Below are positions 63,418 to 64,000 of a DNA stretch of 64,000 bases, in pieces (position 1 is the first letter of the stretch; every line of letters begins with the position of its first letter). Position numbers and translations under genes: made by a program. Source of the DNA: Pristiophorus japonicus (lineage: Eukaryota); assembly GCF_044704955.1 (NCBI RefSeq), contig NC_091993.1:33914001-33978000 (forward strand). Reading direction: 5' to 3'. Under the pieces are notes generated by a model. That model searched no databases. It was not told the DNA's origin and saw nothing but the letters and a program-made list of their open reading frames with translations.

Positions 63418-64000
63418 TAGAACATAAGAAATTGGAACTGCCTCCAAAGCAAGTTATATCCTTTTGTAAATATGGAAACCAAAACTGCACGCTTTATTCC
63501 AGGTGTGGCCTCACCAATACCTTATATAGCTGTAGCAAGACTTCCCTGCTTTTATACTCCATCCCCTTTGCAATAAAGGCCAAGATATCATTGGCCTTCC
63601 TGATCACTTGCTGTACCTGCATACTATCCTTTTGTGTTTCATAAGAATATAAGAATTAGGAACAGGAGTAGGCCATCTAGCCCCTCGAGCCTGCTCCGCC
63701 ATTCAATAAGATCATGCACAAGTACCCCCAGGTCCTGCTGTATTGTGGCACTTTTCAATCTTTCTCCATTTAAATAATAACTTGCTCTTTGATTTTTTTC
63801 TGCCAAAGTACATGACCGCACACTTTCCAACATTATACTCCATCTGCCAAACTTTTGCCCACTTACTTAGCCTGTCTATGCCCTTTTGCAGATTTGGTTA
63901 TGTCCTCCTCACACATTGCTTTTCCTCCTATTTTTGTATCGTCAGCAAACTTGGCTACGTTACATTTGGTCCCTTCCTCCAAGTCGTTTATATAGATTGT
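63418..64000 (-). mobile_element. CR1 LINE fragment running off the window, with an inserted CR1 3' tail at about 63641-63714
   Basis: Closely similar to 44260-44740; extra tail sequence splits GTGTTTCAT|GCACAAG. Confidence 0.85.

Noticed and set aside
47400-64000. RAMAC (FAM103A1), the human neighbour downstream of C15orf40
   Set aside because: I found no exon resembling its FEEMFASRFT/PPIVEEW motifs on either strand by eye; absence is not proven without a search

Overview
Vertebrate genomic DNA, most likely from a cartilaginous fish (inferred from the abundant Deu-domain tRNA-SINEs and CR1 LINE families). It holds three intact spliced genes. INTS14/VWA9 is on the minus strand (11 coding exons, 179-10888, 518 aa). 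BTBD1 lies head-to-head with it on the plus strand (8 exons, 13447-31134, 485 aa), and the shared upstream region is mostly hidden by three N-gaps in GA-rich DNA. A C15orf40/UPF0235 homolog follows on the plus strand (4 exons, 41209/41350-47379). The rest contains a decayed full-length Gypsy LTR retrotransposon (35777-40174), many CR1 LINEs (including nested insertions), L2 fragments, DeuSINEs, an RTE-type short element with a 13-bp TSD, and many minisatellites, several of which visibly arose from retroposon segments. The 48-64 kb region has no intact gene I can recognise, but it carries several decayed exon-like relics: two Ig V-like pieces, a CCxxDxCN Cys-box exon with in-frame TGAs, and a stalk/TM exon. 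These may be remnants of an unannotated immune-type receptor locus; this is the most interesting and least certain signal. All orthology statements come from motif recognition and recalled gene structures, not database searches.
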